A stretch of 64,000 nucleotides of DNA from Haliotis rubra (taxonomy: Eukaryota), in contig NW_025766103.1 in the NCBI RefSeq assembly GCF_003918875.1, positions 930,001 through 994,000 on the forward strand, in the 5' to 3' direction. Shown here in pieces: positions 38,436 through 52,780 of the stretch. Position numbers and translations under genes: made by a program. The notes under the pieces were generated by a model. That model saw nothing but the letters and a program-made list of their open reading frames with translations, made no database searches and was not told the origin of the DNA. Position 1 is the stretch's first letter. Every line of letters starts with the position of its first letter.

Positions 38436-38669
38436 AGATCCGGGTTAGTACTGATCTTCAGTAACTCATGCTTGCCGTAAGACGCGACTATCGGGATAGG
38501 GTGGTCAGGCTCGCTCACTGGGCTGACACATGTCATCGTATCCCAACTGCGTAAATCGATGTTCATGCTGTTGATCCTTGGATTGTCTGGCCCAGACTCG
38601 ATTATTTACAGACCGCCACCATACAGCTGGAATATTGCTGAGTGCGGCGTAAAGTTAAACTCACTCACT
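38436..38669 (+). mobile_element. RUDI/V-like SINE, 5'-truncated; duplicate at 56644-56877
   Basis: Matches the reverse complement of 4335-4595; tail GCTGGAATATTGCTGAGTGCGGCGT..(CTCA)n. Confidence 0.87.
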
Positions 38670-41600
38670 TCATAGTGGACTTCCGGATGATTGGGTGGAC
38701 TATGACAACACCATCCATGTGTGAGGAGGCCCCCAACGATACGGTTCTACACAAACGCTTAATGAAGAGTTATACGCACAGAAAAGTGACTTATCGTGGA
38801 GTTGTACTATATGTTAGATCTCATTAATAATTTCTCTCTGCAGTCACGCATTTGTTTTGTTTATATTTGACAAGAAATAAAACCACGAACAAGTGAGTGA
38901 TTTAATATTGCTTAAAGCGCATCAGCAAGAAAATGTAATATGTTTTAAGCTGAACAATATTAAAATAATGTTCAAAATCAGTCCTATACCACATTGAAAG
39001 GTAAAATAAATTATCTACGATTTAAAATTCTATATTTTTTCATACAGTTTGATTTCTTTTAAATATTCTAAAATCAAGTAATTGGAAACATTTCTCCATG
39101 AACAAGATATGGGAACAAATATTTAAAAGATCCACATCCTATTTCGGGAAAACAAATGTGCTTGACCTCAACCTTAACCTATAACAGCTATTACGGTTAA
39201 CCTATAACAGCTATTATGTCATATTAATGTAATCTTACACTGATGGGGGTCTTCCTTGAGCGTCTTTTTAACTCACCTAGTCTGTAATCTGTGCCGCAAA
39301 ATGTGTCAGAAATAGCTTCCTCCTAATGATGGACATATGTTGTTGATACGAAATGCATGCTTACCGATGCAAAGGTTATACTATATATTAAGGATACCTA
39401 AATTTATATTGGAACCAAGCATATGTAATGTTTTCCATAATGCTTATCGTAACCTGTACAAAAAAGTGATTATGGTTGCTAGACATGTCTAGTTATACAA
39501 TACACAAAATTTGTGTTAAAACTCACCACTATTCACAAAGGGCTCACATTATTAGTTGTCAGTATAATGTTACTAGTCTTAGACTAGTCTTGTAAGATTT
39601 GCCCTTGATGAAAGAATATCATCGGTTCCAATATTCTTGCCATATGTGAGGAAAGCATTGATGAACGTATCGGTCATGTCCACGACACATGAAAACATAT
39701 ATAGATATGTGTTCATGTTGTATGAAATGCACAAACACTACACGTATAGAGCAAGTCTGAACTCAAGGTTTGCTGTTCCCAATAACACAATGTGTATTCA
39801 GCAAACATTGGATGAACATCATTAAGGCCATAATGCAACCCCAGAGGTATCTAGCTTCTTAATCAAATTAGTCCTTTTTGTAAGAAGTAGATCAAAGTCA
39901 GATGCAGGGGATTCCCGAATAAATAGGCAATGAAAGGATGTGTTGCTGCCAAACCAATCTGTTAAGGTAGTCACGACCAAGGTATAGCCCTCCATAGACA
40001 ATCGATTGACATAACAAATGTCTCCAGGCAAATGCTAGCACTTAATGTTATGAAACTGCACAATGTGCTACATTTCGGTTTGCCACGACCGAGTTCAAAC
40101 GAAATGAATATGCTAAACGTGTGTTACACCTCGTACAACTGATGTAAAATATTCTGATGGAACGGACGTTTGATAAAAAATAGACCTCTTTCAGACATTG
40201 AGGAGCCTTGGGCATATTGTGCCTCATTCCCCGTAAAGGAAAACGTTCTGGTGCCCCCTCATAGTTTTACATTTGGGTGATCTCTTACAAAGATGTGAAA
40301 TACCTTGTGTATATTGATGAGGGATGTTGAGCATTGTCCCGATCCTTGGTCTGAAGTTACAATGCAGAAGATATATTAATGAGTTGATGGCTTCAGGCTT
40401 AAGGTCTTTGTATCCATTCTGGAACTTTTCAGTACCTTTTTTTGGACAGATCCGAATGCATTCACTTTTGGCGTTTATCCGCTGTTTGAAGGTACTAGAA
40501 TACCATGTTGTCCAAGAGCTTTATGTGATGTTTTCTATTGTCATCATGCCATCGAGGTGCTCAACTTATATACTACACAGATATAACCTGCGTAGTCTTT
40601 ACGTCTGTTCAGCTTAACGAAATATTCACCTCCATTAAAATTGAGGAGTGAAATAGATGGGGTGTCTTCTCTGAGCTTTCAGTCTTTTAGAAGCCAAACA
40701 GGATCATCTAGCTTCCATCTGTCATTTCCGTAGATTGTTTCCCTAACACAACGTCTATGGTCGCCTTCTAGAATATTATCTGCCAAACTTTTGGGTTACT
40801 TTCGAAATAATATGGTTTGATTTTTTTTTGATTTTTTTTTTGGGGGGGGTTGTTGTTGTTGTTGGTTGCCTCTTGTTGAAGAACACATCATTGCATAGTA
40901 AGGACGACAGGAGTTTCGTGAAAATGTATTGCCACTGAAATGTATAACTTACCGGATCCATGTCGAGGAGGGTCGAATACATTAGCAGTTATGTACGAAC
41001 AAAAAACAAAACTTAATAACTTTTGTTCATCCATTTCGCTGGCTAACACATATGTAATGCAATGAAATAAGGAGTTTGATAATTATGTTATATATATATA
41101 TTTGGTGGGTGTGATAAGGGCTGCAAAGTTACAGGTAAACACGACAGATCGCTCCTCCCGAGAAAAGAATACTAATATTTGAGGCAATGAAAACGGTCTT
41201 CACTTCCCCTGACGCCAGTCCTTCCATTTGTCACTGGTGTCAGGCAAATTAAATTTGTGAGACGTTGAGAGAGCCAAGTTAGGTGTGACATGTGTCTCTT
41301 TGACACACAATCATATAGATTCCATCTAACTGCGAGCACAGACCACAGAAGGTGGGTTTATTGACGAAAGATTAGAAGGTCGAGAAGCTGTTATATTTGT
41401 GACTTAATTTGAGAACAATGCAATCTTCCGATGACGTTAATACAATCATAGATGAACAGTTGATAAATATATATCATTGATTCCAGAATATTTAGATTAT
41501 ACATTTATAATAGGGAGGCTTCAGAAGTTTCGAACAGTTTCGAAACACGACGTCGTGCAGGCAGGCACATCACTAATCCTGACCAACCCATCAGTTTAAC

Positions 41601-43253
41601 TACTTGCCAGTGACTACGGAGGTGTGGAATGTCCCTGGCGTTACGATCCTGTCACCATAATGGAAAAGTACCGCACATCATGTTAATAATTGTCATATTT
41701 AGTCCCCTAAATATCCATCATTATAGCATAAGTAGAGTAAATAGGCGCTTGATGGTGAATCCTGATTGAAGGGCAACACTAACCTTAAATTTCAAGACAT
41801 GGGAATATATGTGACTGATTGTATCTGGCTGAATTATCTGATTAGCTGCCTTTTTGGACAATGACAAGTGTAGACAATTATTATTGAAAATAATTGATAA
41901 GCATTCTGTCTGTAAAAGCTGTGACGACGTGAGCGTACCAATCCAACCATTGTCGAAGTCGTTACTCAAAACGGATGGCTTGTCAGTTAGCAGGCTGAAA
42001 TATATGTTGAACGATATTTTGAAAGGAGACAGTCATCCATTTACCAAGAAAACATATAGTGCAACAACAGCAACACAATGGAACCTAATGGTTAACTTTA
42101 TACAGATCAATCGACTAATTGCCGTCACCATTTGGGAATGAATACATTTGCCATCATATGTAAAACGTGCCTAATGTCACATATTGACGGATTCCTGGTA
42201 CATATAGGTTTCGAACAGCAGTTATTGACAAAAATACGAAATGGTCTGAATAAATCTGAAGTCAAAGGAAACGCTGTTCTCACTTACGTATACATTACCT
42301 ATAAGGAGCTATATCGCAGTTCCTGAGAATCAATGACATTACAAATTTCTGTTCACATGGTGATTGTATCGTATACAGAGGAATGACTTGTATTTAAAGG
42401 ATTCTGAGAAATGCGTTAAAGAACGGGACCAGTTCGGCAATGTAAGCGTTTACAGATGGTTTTCTTATTTAGGCCACATTGGTGTAATCTCATCAACTAC
42501 CTTACGACAGAATCTTACAGTGGCCAAATAGAAAATTCGATCGCAGCAGCAGATCCAGTGAAATGTTGAACAGAAATCCCAACCACTTGGTATCACAGAA
42601 TTGTCAGCTGATGTGATTTCTAGCAATTTCTGTCATATTAGTCTGTGACAGCTGCCACGACAACTGCCATACATGAAGCTTGTCGGTCAGTGATACATGC
42701 TGTGCTGAATAATGATAGAAATTAACAAGTCCCCAAGGTCCCTGGTATAGTGGTCGACCGTCAGTGTTTAGAAAGTGTTGCTGTGTATGAAAATATCCTT
42801 TCATGGTTACATGCTATATTTAAATGTAAATCAATGATAGTTTGTGATTTTACTGAGCTTTGTTGACAGGAATTTATATAGAAGTTATTCTCCTTCGCTT
42901 TGTTGGTTCTTCTATAACTTTTTATGAGCACGATATGTCCGAAAAACTCCCAGTATGAATTTACGTTAACACCCACTCAATTAGATACCATGTGCCCAAA
43001 GTAATGCAAAAGCAGTCTGTGTTTTTAAAACCGCTTGGAATGTGTGTTACCTTTTGACAAAGTGGTCAAAGTATTGTCAATCATTTCTACACTTCGTCCA
43101 ATTCCAACTGCATGTATACTCGAAGAAACTATATAGCTACACTAAAAAGGTACATCCGGTCCCCTTTATATACAACCTGTTGAAATACCTCTATAACCTC
43201 TGACAGGCATTTAGAACAAGGTAGATTAAAATACGACCAGGCATTGCGACAAT

Positions 43254-43384
43254 NNNNNNNNNNNNNNNNNNNNNNNNNNNNNNNNNNNNNNNNNNNNNNN
43301 NNNNNNNNNNNNNNNNNNNNNNNNNNNNNNNNNNNNNNNNNNNNNNNNNNNNNNNNNNNNNNNNNNNNNNNNNNNNNNNNNNNN
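43254..43384. other. Assembly gap
   Basis: Run of N. Confidence 1.
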
Positions 43385-43453
43385 GCAGCTATTCGTGCAT
43401 AGTAACGATCCTAAAGATAAAAGCATGTATAAATACAGTAAACAGTATAGTTA

Positions 43454-43979
43454 TAGTCTGTTTGCAGTGAAAACGTACCGATGAATGTCACTTTAAACAA
43501 AAACGTAAATCGAATAAGGTGAAATTAAGATGACGAATCCTCATAAATGTTACCTTGCCATTAATTGAACATTTAAATCTCAGAATTTTATTCAACTTAG
43601 GATAAAAGTTGTTTAACACACGATGATAGTTTCAAATTGCTATTATTGGTTTGTATTACAAAGGGGTATGCACATTAAATGAAACACCGAGAACAAGTAG
43701 GTTTGGTCTAAGTTAACGCCCATCACGTACCGCACGTGCATTTGTTTCACTGTTCCAACTACTACACTTACCCCCTTGTAATACAACCCAATAATAGCGA
43801 TTTGAATCTATGAAAGTTTGTTAAACAACTTTATTCATAAGTTGAATAAAATTCTGAGATTTAAATGTTCAATTGGCAAGGTAAAATTATGAGGATTCGT
43901 AATCTTAATTTCACTTTATTCGATTTACAGTTTTGTTTACAGTGAAATTCATCGGTACGTTTTCACTGCAAACAGACTA
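43454..43979. mobile_element. Foldback MITE with TIRs over 200 bp, TA target duplication, unit 2 only
   Basis: TAGTCTGTTTGCAGTGAAAACGTACCGATGAAT and its inverse ATTCATCGGTACGTTTTCACTGCAAACAGACTA; empty sites at 21541-21550 and 61671-61680. Confidence 0.92.
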
Positions 43980-46900
43980 TAGTGATCATGTTTACTGCAC
44001 TGGGGCACAAGTATCACATATGATGTCTCCTCATGCATCTGTTTACTCAGCATTTCTACACGGTAGGATGAGATTTAATGTGAGTGTTAAATTGCCTCAT
44101 ATTCTCCTCCAGGTATTTCAAACAAAAAAATAATTAACAGAATTAAGTTCCCTTTTTCGGTATTTATTAAAACCGCTATTTCTATAACGCTGTAAAAATA
44201 CAATCATCTCAGGTTCTGCTTTGCAGAAAAAGTTTCCTAATGTACCAAGCCCTAGAATAGTCATGTTGCGTTGATACGATAAATTAAACTTTAATAAATG
44301 AAATGCACAAAGTAAACCTTAAATAATTAATTGATTCTGGTCTCATACAAATCCATGCTCAGAATGAGACCACAAATAGAGAACATATCCTTAGTTAGAG
44401 AACCCTTTTGAATAAGAATGAGGTTGAAAATATCTAATTAATGATGAAGCTTTCTCCCCAGCATATCAACACATTCCTGGCTTCCTGTCAAATAGGGCAT
44501 TTGAAGAAAATGAAATCGAAGACAGCTGCATTTGCAGATAAAGAAACACATGATGCTAAAAAAAATACACGCTGTCCGATCGGTAGATTGAAAGGAAATG
44601 ACTCAAAGATGTCAGCTGAAAAGCGACAAATGTATTAACGTAAAGGCACGTGATAACGTCACTCCATGAAGCAGCTTAACCATTACACTCGAGATTCCAG
44701 TATCATATTTTATAAAAAGAAATCTTACATCAGCGTTTGTATCAATACGCATGAAGGTTTGGGTGATATGCAATGCAATGTGCGTAACCATTTTGAGAAA
44801 AACCGTTTTTGTCTGTATGTATTTGCATAATACATGATCAATATATGTCACATCAATGATATTGTAGAACTGTTACTGTATTTCGAATCACTATTTAAAA
44901 AGGCCTGTATTACACGAGGATGGATGAAATTGATATTTCATGAAGAATGATTTCAATGATCAGCGATGTCACGATTCTGCAAATAATATCACGAAGGGAT
45001 CACTCTCTAGGCTTCTCCATTACAGAACTAATTTTAGGCAATTAATTCTTGTTTCTCGTCCCCTCACGGCAGTGATTCCTTTTGTGATGTATGGAAGGCA
45101 AAATGAATTTGTCAGACCTTAAGAGGTTCAATTACAGAGTTGCAATACTGTCCCGCAGTTTCCTTAATGTCTCTTCTGTACACGCATATATGGTTCCCAA
45201 ATACGCACGGAACAGACAGCAAGAGGTGTTTTTATTGACGTGGTGCAAAAAGCGCTCGTGGACAATCAGCCAATAACCAAATAGTTCTGGGGATAGATAC
45301 TCTGATTTTCAAGTTGTAGACTCTGTAGCCTTAATGTCACCAGGCGGGAAAATTAGCTATGTTTAGAGCGAATGTTCTTTCACAGCTCCGTCAGGAAAAT
45401 CACAGACTTATCATGGCAGTATGTATATTACTGTGTTAGACAAATGACTGAGCACTACACAAGACATTGGGGACCATGAAACAGAACCAGTAGCCGTTTA
45501 CGACCAACAGTAGCAAGATAATAATCATCTCTTACCTTGGAAATCTCTGAGTACCTCATGGAGTATCTACACTTGGCTGCGTTCTTGGCTGTGTTATAAT
45601 AATGTTCTTATGTACAACGTGTGGGAATATGAAAGGGAGTGACCTTTCTCTACACCGTCTGTTCTCATGTGCAGAGTTTCTGAAGTAAGTTGGTGATATG
45701 TCTCTAGCCCGTCGAGCGCTGTGAATTCTTGAATGGGAATGGTGTAGTACCTCTCCAGTATTTCTTTTTTTTAACTCTCGGGCATTACTGAAGTTGACAC
45801 ATCAGCTGTCATCATATAGTGTCATACAATGTCTTGAATCATGGAGTTACTGACTATATCACCTTATAAATGTATCTTTGTTGCCCTTTTCAACAAATAA
45901 CTGATGAAGAGGAAGAAGTTGCTATAAGCTACCAATAACGTCTTTCACATAGGGCGTTGGATAAAATGTCTTCACACTTCCTGGTTAAGGTCACGGGTTG
46001 AGGTCAAATGAAAAGGATCGTGTTGGTACCATCGAAAGGCGATCAGTAACGAGGATAGATTGTTGGTAAGACGATTGCCGTCTGTTGTAGCTGGATTTAA
46101 TCGTGATGACAGGGTGATGGTCTGGCCAGGAATGTAAATACACAAACATCAGAAATTAAACCTGTAAGACAGGCAATCTGATTATCAGCCTCTGACCTGT
46201 CTACGAAGTCACTATGTAGACTGTCGATTGGAACAATTGCACTCTGATGCGTCATTCCTTCTCATCAGTCCTTAACTGCATGAATTGACAAATCTATACA
46301 ATTCATTATTCCAGCACAATTAAATGGGTAACGCAAAAGAACTGTGTACGACTAGTGTTACTAAGTATTTCGTACATATGTTGCCCACGTTGTAACTCGC
46401 GAGGAATTTCTAGCCTTATTTCATGCAATTAGCATATAATCTTTGCATATGTATACAATATTGTATTTACATGTGTGGAGTATTATCCTTATCAGGCTAT
46501 TCTTTACTTCGAAACTTAAAGAAAACCCACGGCGGAAATCCTATCATGGAGTCAAATAACCAGGCAACCGGGCAAACAGATATTACCTGGATTACAGTGT
46601 GGCATTGGTGATCCTATCATGCATTCCCATATCGCCTTGAAATTACAAAGGTGTCAGTGCTCGTTTCCAGAAACAGCCACTCCTCAAACTGTGATCCTAT
46701 CATGCAGCAAGACGTCTGTAACCACAACTATTAATGTTCTCGTCATTCTATTGCTTTAGGTCGTTCTCAGGTTATTGAAACCAATCCATTTAAAGAAAAA
46801 AAACAAAAAAAAACCCCAAAAGGAATCACCCAAAATAACGAAAAAGAAAACAACAGAAAAAAACAAAGTTAAACATCCGCCAAAAATGTAACAGAAACGG

Positions 46901-47091
46901 TAACCTACTCCCAGGGAACCATGTTTATCACTTGTGCATCAGACCTGGAGTGTCCTCTGTTTATCAAACTACTTAAAAACCTTGCGGAGACCTTACATGG
47001 TGCAACCCGTTTGAACAGCAAACTATATGAAATAGACACTGTAACATCGGTTTGATATTGGAGACATTATATACATCTCAACATGTCATGT

Positions 47092-47962
47092 AGGTATTAA
47101 TAAATTACATGAAATAAAACCCTATATTGGCTACACTTACTTGGGTTGTCAGTCCAGATTTGAAGAGGTCATCATACGACGATGTCGTATTGGCCACACA
47201 AGATATACTCATGAATACCTATTGAAAGGTGAGGATCCTCCATTTTGTATCCCTTGTGATGAAAGAATCACGGTCAAGCATGTCTTGCTTGACTGTGTTG
47301 AGTATTCCATCACAAGGGATAAATATTTTAAATCACGAATTATGAAGGACCTTTTGAATAGTATCAGTTCTCATTTAATTATTGCATTTTTAAAAGAATT
47401 AGATTTGTTAAATTATTTGTAAATACATAAATATTTTAAGATAGGAAGTTTGAATTAGTAACTAAGATTGTTAGTGGCTGTATCCTCGAGGGGGGTTAAA
47501 GTACTGTAAAATTATTGCCCTCCTGAGAGGGTATGTAAGTCCCAAAACATTCGAAGTAAATTAAAACGTTCCACTTTTTTAATCGTAGAATACCTGTTCT
47601 TTTAATGCATGGCTAGATTTGCTAAATTGCTAACGGCTGAAGGGATGGTGTAAATCCAGTTAGGTTCCATGCAGGAAGCAAATGTACTGTAAGTCCCCAT
47701 GGACCCTAGTATGGTGATCTACTTTCAGTTGTTGGCAATCTATAGCCTGTTTTTATATTGTATTGTCATTTAAAAGTAACATATTTAAGATTTAATTACT
47801 AGTTTTACATACATATCTGTGATATTCTAGTTGTTTTACTGTCCTTCGTCGGCAGGTTTTTTATAATATGCATATATTTCATTTCAATATCGAATGTTCT
47901 CGTCACGATATGGCTAAAATATTGCCGATGTGACGTTTAATATTAACTCACTCACTCACTCA
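47092..47962 (+). mobile_element. 5'-truncated I-group LINE with ORF2 C-terminal zinc finger and full 3'UTR
   Basis: NKLHEIKP..RCRIGHTRYTH..CIPC..TVKHVLLDC; TSD CTCAACATGTCATGT at 47077-47091 and 47963-47977; empty site at 27778. Confidence 0.93.
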
Positions 47963-50900
47963 CTCAACATGTCATGTGCCTTGGATTCCTACTACGAAAG
48001 CACTGCTGTCTCACTATTCCATTCACCAAATATATCGTATTCGTGCGAGTCAGTGAAAACACTTGGTTACGCCTGAGGTTTGGCTGCAACATGACAGACA
48101 GAAATCATTACAACTCACTCACACTATATAGCATAACAATACATACTGAACAAGAAATCATGAATGTGCGTTAAGATTAAAGTAACTGCTGCCGATAGCT
48201 CTATCGGCTGTTAAACTCTTCACCACCTCTACCATTCACTATGCTGTTACACTGTGAAGTCTGACCCATATGGGGTTATCGCACATTAAGACACAAATTA
48301 TTGCACCTTTTAATTTGCCTGCAGTCAAAGCGGCTATTTACGAGTCTCTGGCTGCCAAGTCGCTCGGCAAGATGCCTCCCTGCAGTCAACTTCCGACACC
48401 AATTTGCGCACAATATGAAGCCAATTTCTCATTTGCCTGGTTCACCGACCCCTTAATATGGTCACTGTCATAACTGATCGTCTTTGATCAGCTGAGTGGG
48501 TAGTGGGATTTATGCAACGTGCTAAAGTACAAGTGAAGTCACACAGTTTTTAGCCCATATCCTGTCTGTGGTAGTTGCAGCGATACAAGCATTCAAAGTA
48601 CCTACTCCTGATGTTCTAAGAAGGTGACCTACCAGATCACCAATGTGCATATTGGTGATTAACTTCTCCCCGAAACAATATCTAAGGTTTCAAGAACAAT
48701 ACATAACGAAACAAACTTGCAGTGAGTTAGATTCTTGAGCGGATGTCTGAATGGTAGCATTTAGAAGAATAAGCAAAATGTGTTACAATTGACCAAAGCT
48801 CTACGATGCTACGATGCGACAATGTGACTTTGGTGTTAAGATAGTTAGGGCCTGACTCACTCCGGAGATTAATCCATACTGGCTTTCTGTTAATACGGGA
48901 ATTTTTATTATTCACAATGAAATGTAACGTATTATTATAATTCATGTCTGTTTAAGTAAATATAGTATATAATAATGCATTTGTGACAATAAAACAATAC
49001 TAAAAATATATAATCATTCATAAAGTCATTGTGATTACTTTTGTATTTCGAAGCGTCAAATTGAGCATGAAAAGTGTTTATGTTCTTCTCTCCCGTACAG
49101 GAAACTGGTATTCCCCATTGATAGTCATTGATGATACCAGTTCTCTTCCACATCCTCGACGTGAGCATTGAACACGACACAATTAGACCATGCCCGATGC
49201 CTCTTTCATGCTGTGGGTTCGAATCCCCACATGGGCACAATGTGTGAAGCCCATTTCTGGTGTCCCCCGCCCTGATGTTGCTGGAATATTGCTAAAAAGC
49301 GGCGTAAAACCAAACTCAGTCAGTCAGTCAGTCCTTCACGCTGTTTTAATGAGAGTCACATCTTGTATATAACTTTATTCATCTTGTAAGTGAGTAAGTG
49401 AGTGAGTTAAAATTTAACGTCACATCGGCAATATTACAGCCATATCGTGGCGAGAACGTTTGACATTGAAATGAAATATGTGTATATTATAAAAAACCTA
49501 CCGACGAAGGACAGTAAAACAACTAGAATATCACAATAAGAATTAAAACTAGCGTGGAAAGTTTAAAACTAATAGCACTATTGGGACAATACAATATAAA
49601 AACAGGCTAGAGATCGCCAACAACAGAAGGTAGATCACCATACTAGGGACCATGGGGACTTACAGTACCTTTGCTACCTGCATGGTCCCTAGGTGGATTT
49701 ACACCATCCCTTCAGCCGTTGGCGATTATAAGAAATGTTAGCCAAAATTAAAATAACAAGAATACTACGTTTAAAAATCCTGGTAAGTTTAAATTGACCT
49801 TCAAAGTTTTGGGACTTACGTACCCTCTCAGGGGGACAATAATTTTACGATACTTCAACCCCCCTTGAGGGTACAGCCACTAACAATCTCAGTTTCTAAT
49901 CAAAACTACCAATCATTAAAACACATCTATCTACAGAACATATTTATCAAAATTCATTAATTAAATCAATTTCTTTTAAAAAAGCAAGAATTAAATGAAG
50001 ATGAACAGTATTAAAAAGATCCTTAACAGTTTTAACATTGAAATATTTATCCCTTAGGATGGAGAATTCAACACAGTTCACAACTTGTAAACATTCCCTA
50101 AACAATTATCTCATTAAGTTGCTAGCACTGTTTTCGGATATTCATCTAATGACGACAGTAATTTAGTTTGCTGAATGTCTTATATGTTTGTTTAGCCAGT
50201 CAAAATACACGTAAATCCGGTTGTGTTTATTTTACCAGTAACGATGTGGCGTACTCAATCAAGGATAAAGGGAAGGAGAGAGTGGTTTTGAAGTCGTTAA
50301 GACACTATTATTGTGTCACATTTGTCCATTAAAGTCTTTCATGTGTTGACTGTAAATGGAACAGTCAGTGATATAACCAATGCTTAATCAAAAGGCGTTA
50401 CTTATACTAGTTCGAAACGTAAGACCAAATATTTATTGAAATATAGGACCCGATGTTTAATTGAAAAATAACACCATGATTAGCAAAAATTATGATGCAT
50501 TAGAACGAAATACCTTCACAAAAACGTGCAAAATGTTCTCTGACCTGTCAACCATTTCGAAAAGGGACGAGATAAGTCAAAAGGAGACCATGTTTTGGAC
50601 TGGCAAATCGTAAAATCCAAGTGCGTTCCTGTGTTGGTGCTGCTGATTTTTCTGAACTTCCAGATGATTGCGTTTACTCTGACAACGTCACTCAGGCGTG
50701 ATGAGATTCCCCTTCTCCTGATGATGGATAGAAGCTTTATGAAGGGCTGTATATACAACAAAGTGGAAGATTTCCTCGCCGTTGTCTTGAATGCGTCATG
50801 TGAATAACTGATGATCTTTACCCGCTGGACCAAGTGATGCTGGACTGTTGGTGCGCGATTGCAGGACAGTAGTCTATCTGGCACGATCCAGATACATGTT

Positions 50901-51411
50901 CCCCTTTTGTTTTGTTAGTACCGCTGGGATTAAACATTTGTCTTTGAAATGGAACATATATTTTGCAGTGGCTCATGTAGTATCATTTTCGAGGCTTGGA
51001 AGATGTTTTTTTATGTTTGCCAGATTCACGATTGTGTGTGCGTAGCTCAAATTCATCCTGGGGTGTCGGCGCCCTAACGTGTACGACTTGTATGACCTTG
51101 GTGTTTCCTTCTGTACTAAGTCGATACATCATCATATCATTGAAATACAATTAACCATTAGACTTAATCATTTACCAATTCAAGTTTATCTCCATCATGT
51201 GTTATTGCAGTAATGGCCATTATTTTCGATGAGATCCAGAGAACTCATGCTAAAGCCTCCATCTAGCTCTGCATTTACACCCCCATGGATAGAGGGCAAG
51301 ATTGTGATCATGACAACACGTATGCTAATAGACAGTGTAATCAATAGTACTTCTGTTAGGGACAAAGTTTAGGACGCTTCAAACTTCGTGTTAAGACAAA
51401 AGTGTTCCTCG

Positions 51412-51747
51412 CAACAATTGAAACACCTGTGTTTAGGGCATCGCTCTGACAACCCGTCCACCATACAACAATTGAAACACCTGTGTTTAGGACATCGCTC
51501 TGCCAACACGTGCACCATGCAACAATTGAAACATCTGTGTTTAGGACATCGCTCTGACAACACGTCCACCATGCAACAATTGAAACACCTGTGTTTAGGG
51601 CATCCCTCTGACAACACGTCCACCATGCAACAATTGAAACACCTGTGTTTAGGGCATCCCTCTGACAACACGTCCACCATGCAACAATTGAAACACCTGT
51701 GTTTAGGGCATCCCTCTGACAACACGTCTACCATGTAACAATTGAAC
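51412..51747. repeat. 54-bp minisatellite, duplicate array
   Basis: Same unit and copy number as 33225-33560. Confidence 0.97.
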
Positions 51748-52563
51748 TTGTGTTAACGATCCAGACAGCGAAAAGCAGCTAACAGACATATTTTGTGCGT
51801 TTTCCTTTTCACTATAAAGAATTACAGATGTGCGGCAATTTTATATAACCTGATGTATGTTTCGAATGCGTATATGGGACAAAACGATAACGATGTAAGG
51901 ATCTACATCGAAACGTTGCTCTATGAAATAAATAAGAAGTTTTCATCCATAAAGGTGAATGTTTCATTTCTGTGTCACCAACTTCTAGAATGCCGATCAA
52001 ACAATGCGTATGTGGGACATCCATAACATTTCTCGCTCAAGCGTTTGACCTTCCAAATGTGAACTGAAGGGTAATTCTTTTGGCCAGACGTTTCATAGAT
52101 TTCATGATGTGCATAGTGTTGTTATGACACCGGCGTCACAGTGCCAGAGGATACTTCATTCATCTTTATCAGGGAACGGCGTCAATGGCGTTATCTGTGT
52201 CTGCAACATCAGTCACAATGTCAAATCTGTCATGGTACCGATCTGAGAGGAAAGGCAATGAGTACACACGCTTATCAACAGCAGATTTTGCCATCACAAC
52301 TAATGCTGAAATCATTTTTGTCTGTTTTCTCTTGGGACGAGATCGGGTCCTGTATGGGCTATATGGATATTTCAAGTCACGGAATTTGGTAACGTCTTTT
52401 TAACGTCCTCAGCGGTATGTTGGTGAACGTGATTGCATGAGATCAGTGTGCTGGTGAACGTATGTAGCAACCCACTATGTAATAACAACGCACTATGTAA
52501 TAAAATCTTCAAAGTCCATAACAGTTGCTACAGTGCTAACTTAATAATGACAATTATATAGTT

Positions 52564-52780
52564 GGTATCAGGTTAACTGCCCCCGGACAACTGTCCCCGA
52601 CAACTGCCCCCTGGCTATCTGCCCCCTTCATTGTGCCCCGGACAACTGCCCTTTTGGCTAATTGCCCCCTAGGACAAGTGCCCCCCATCATAACTAAAAG
52701 TAAACACACACACACACACACACCATCTTGATAGGATTTATTAAACTCATTATATCAACAAACAGTGCCTTTAGGGACTC
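52564..52780. mobile_element. Possible non-autonomous Helitron/Helentron-type remnant; gapped copy at about 34390-34657
   Basis: Internal GGACAACTGCCCC sub-repeats, (CA)n, terminal near-palindrome AGTGCCTTTAGGGACT; absent from unit 1. Confidence 0.4.

Larger units (their letters stand above)
33587..51773 (+). repeat. Segmental duplication unit 2 (18187 bp)
   Basis: Constant 18187-bp offset between 32329-34216 and 50516-52403; colinear with unit 1. Confidence 0.95.

Noticed and set aside
47528-47545. Twister ribozyme (GGGUA..UAAGUCCC resembles the twister L4 loop)
   Set aside because: Could not find the P1/P2 stems, cleavage-site UAA or both pseudoknots.
47637-47665. Hammerhead ribozyme at CTGAAGGGATGGTGTAAATCC in the LINE 3'UTR
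   Set aside because: Core is CUGAAGG rather than CUGANGA and no GAAA follows the stem.
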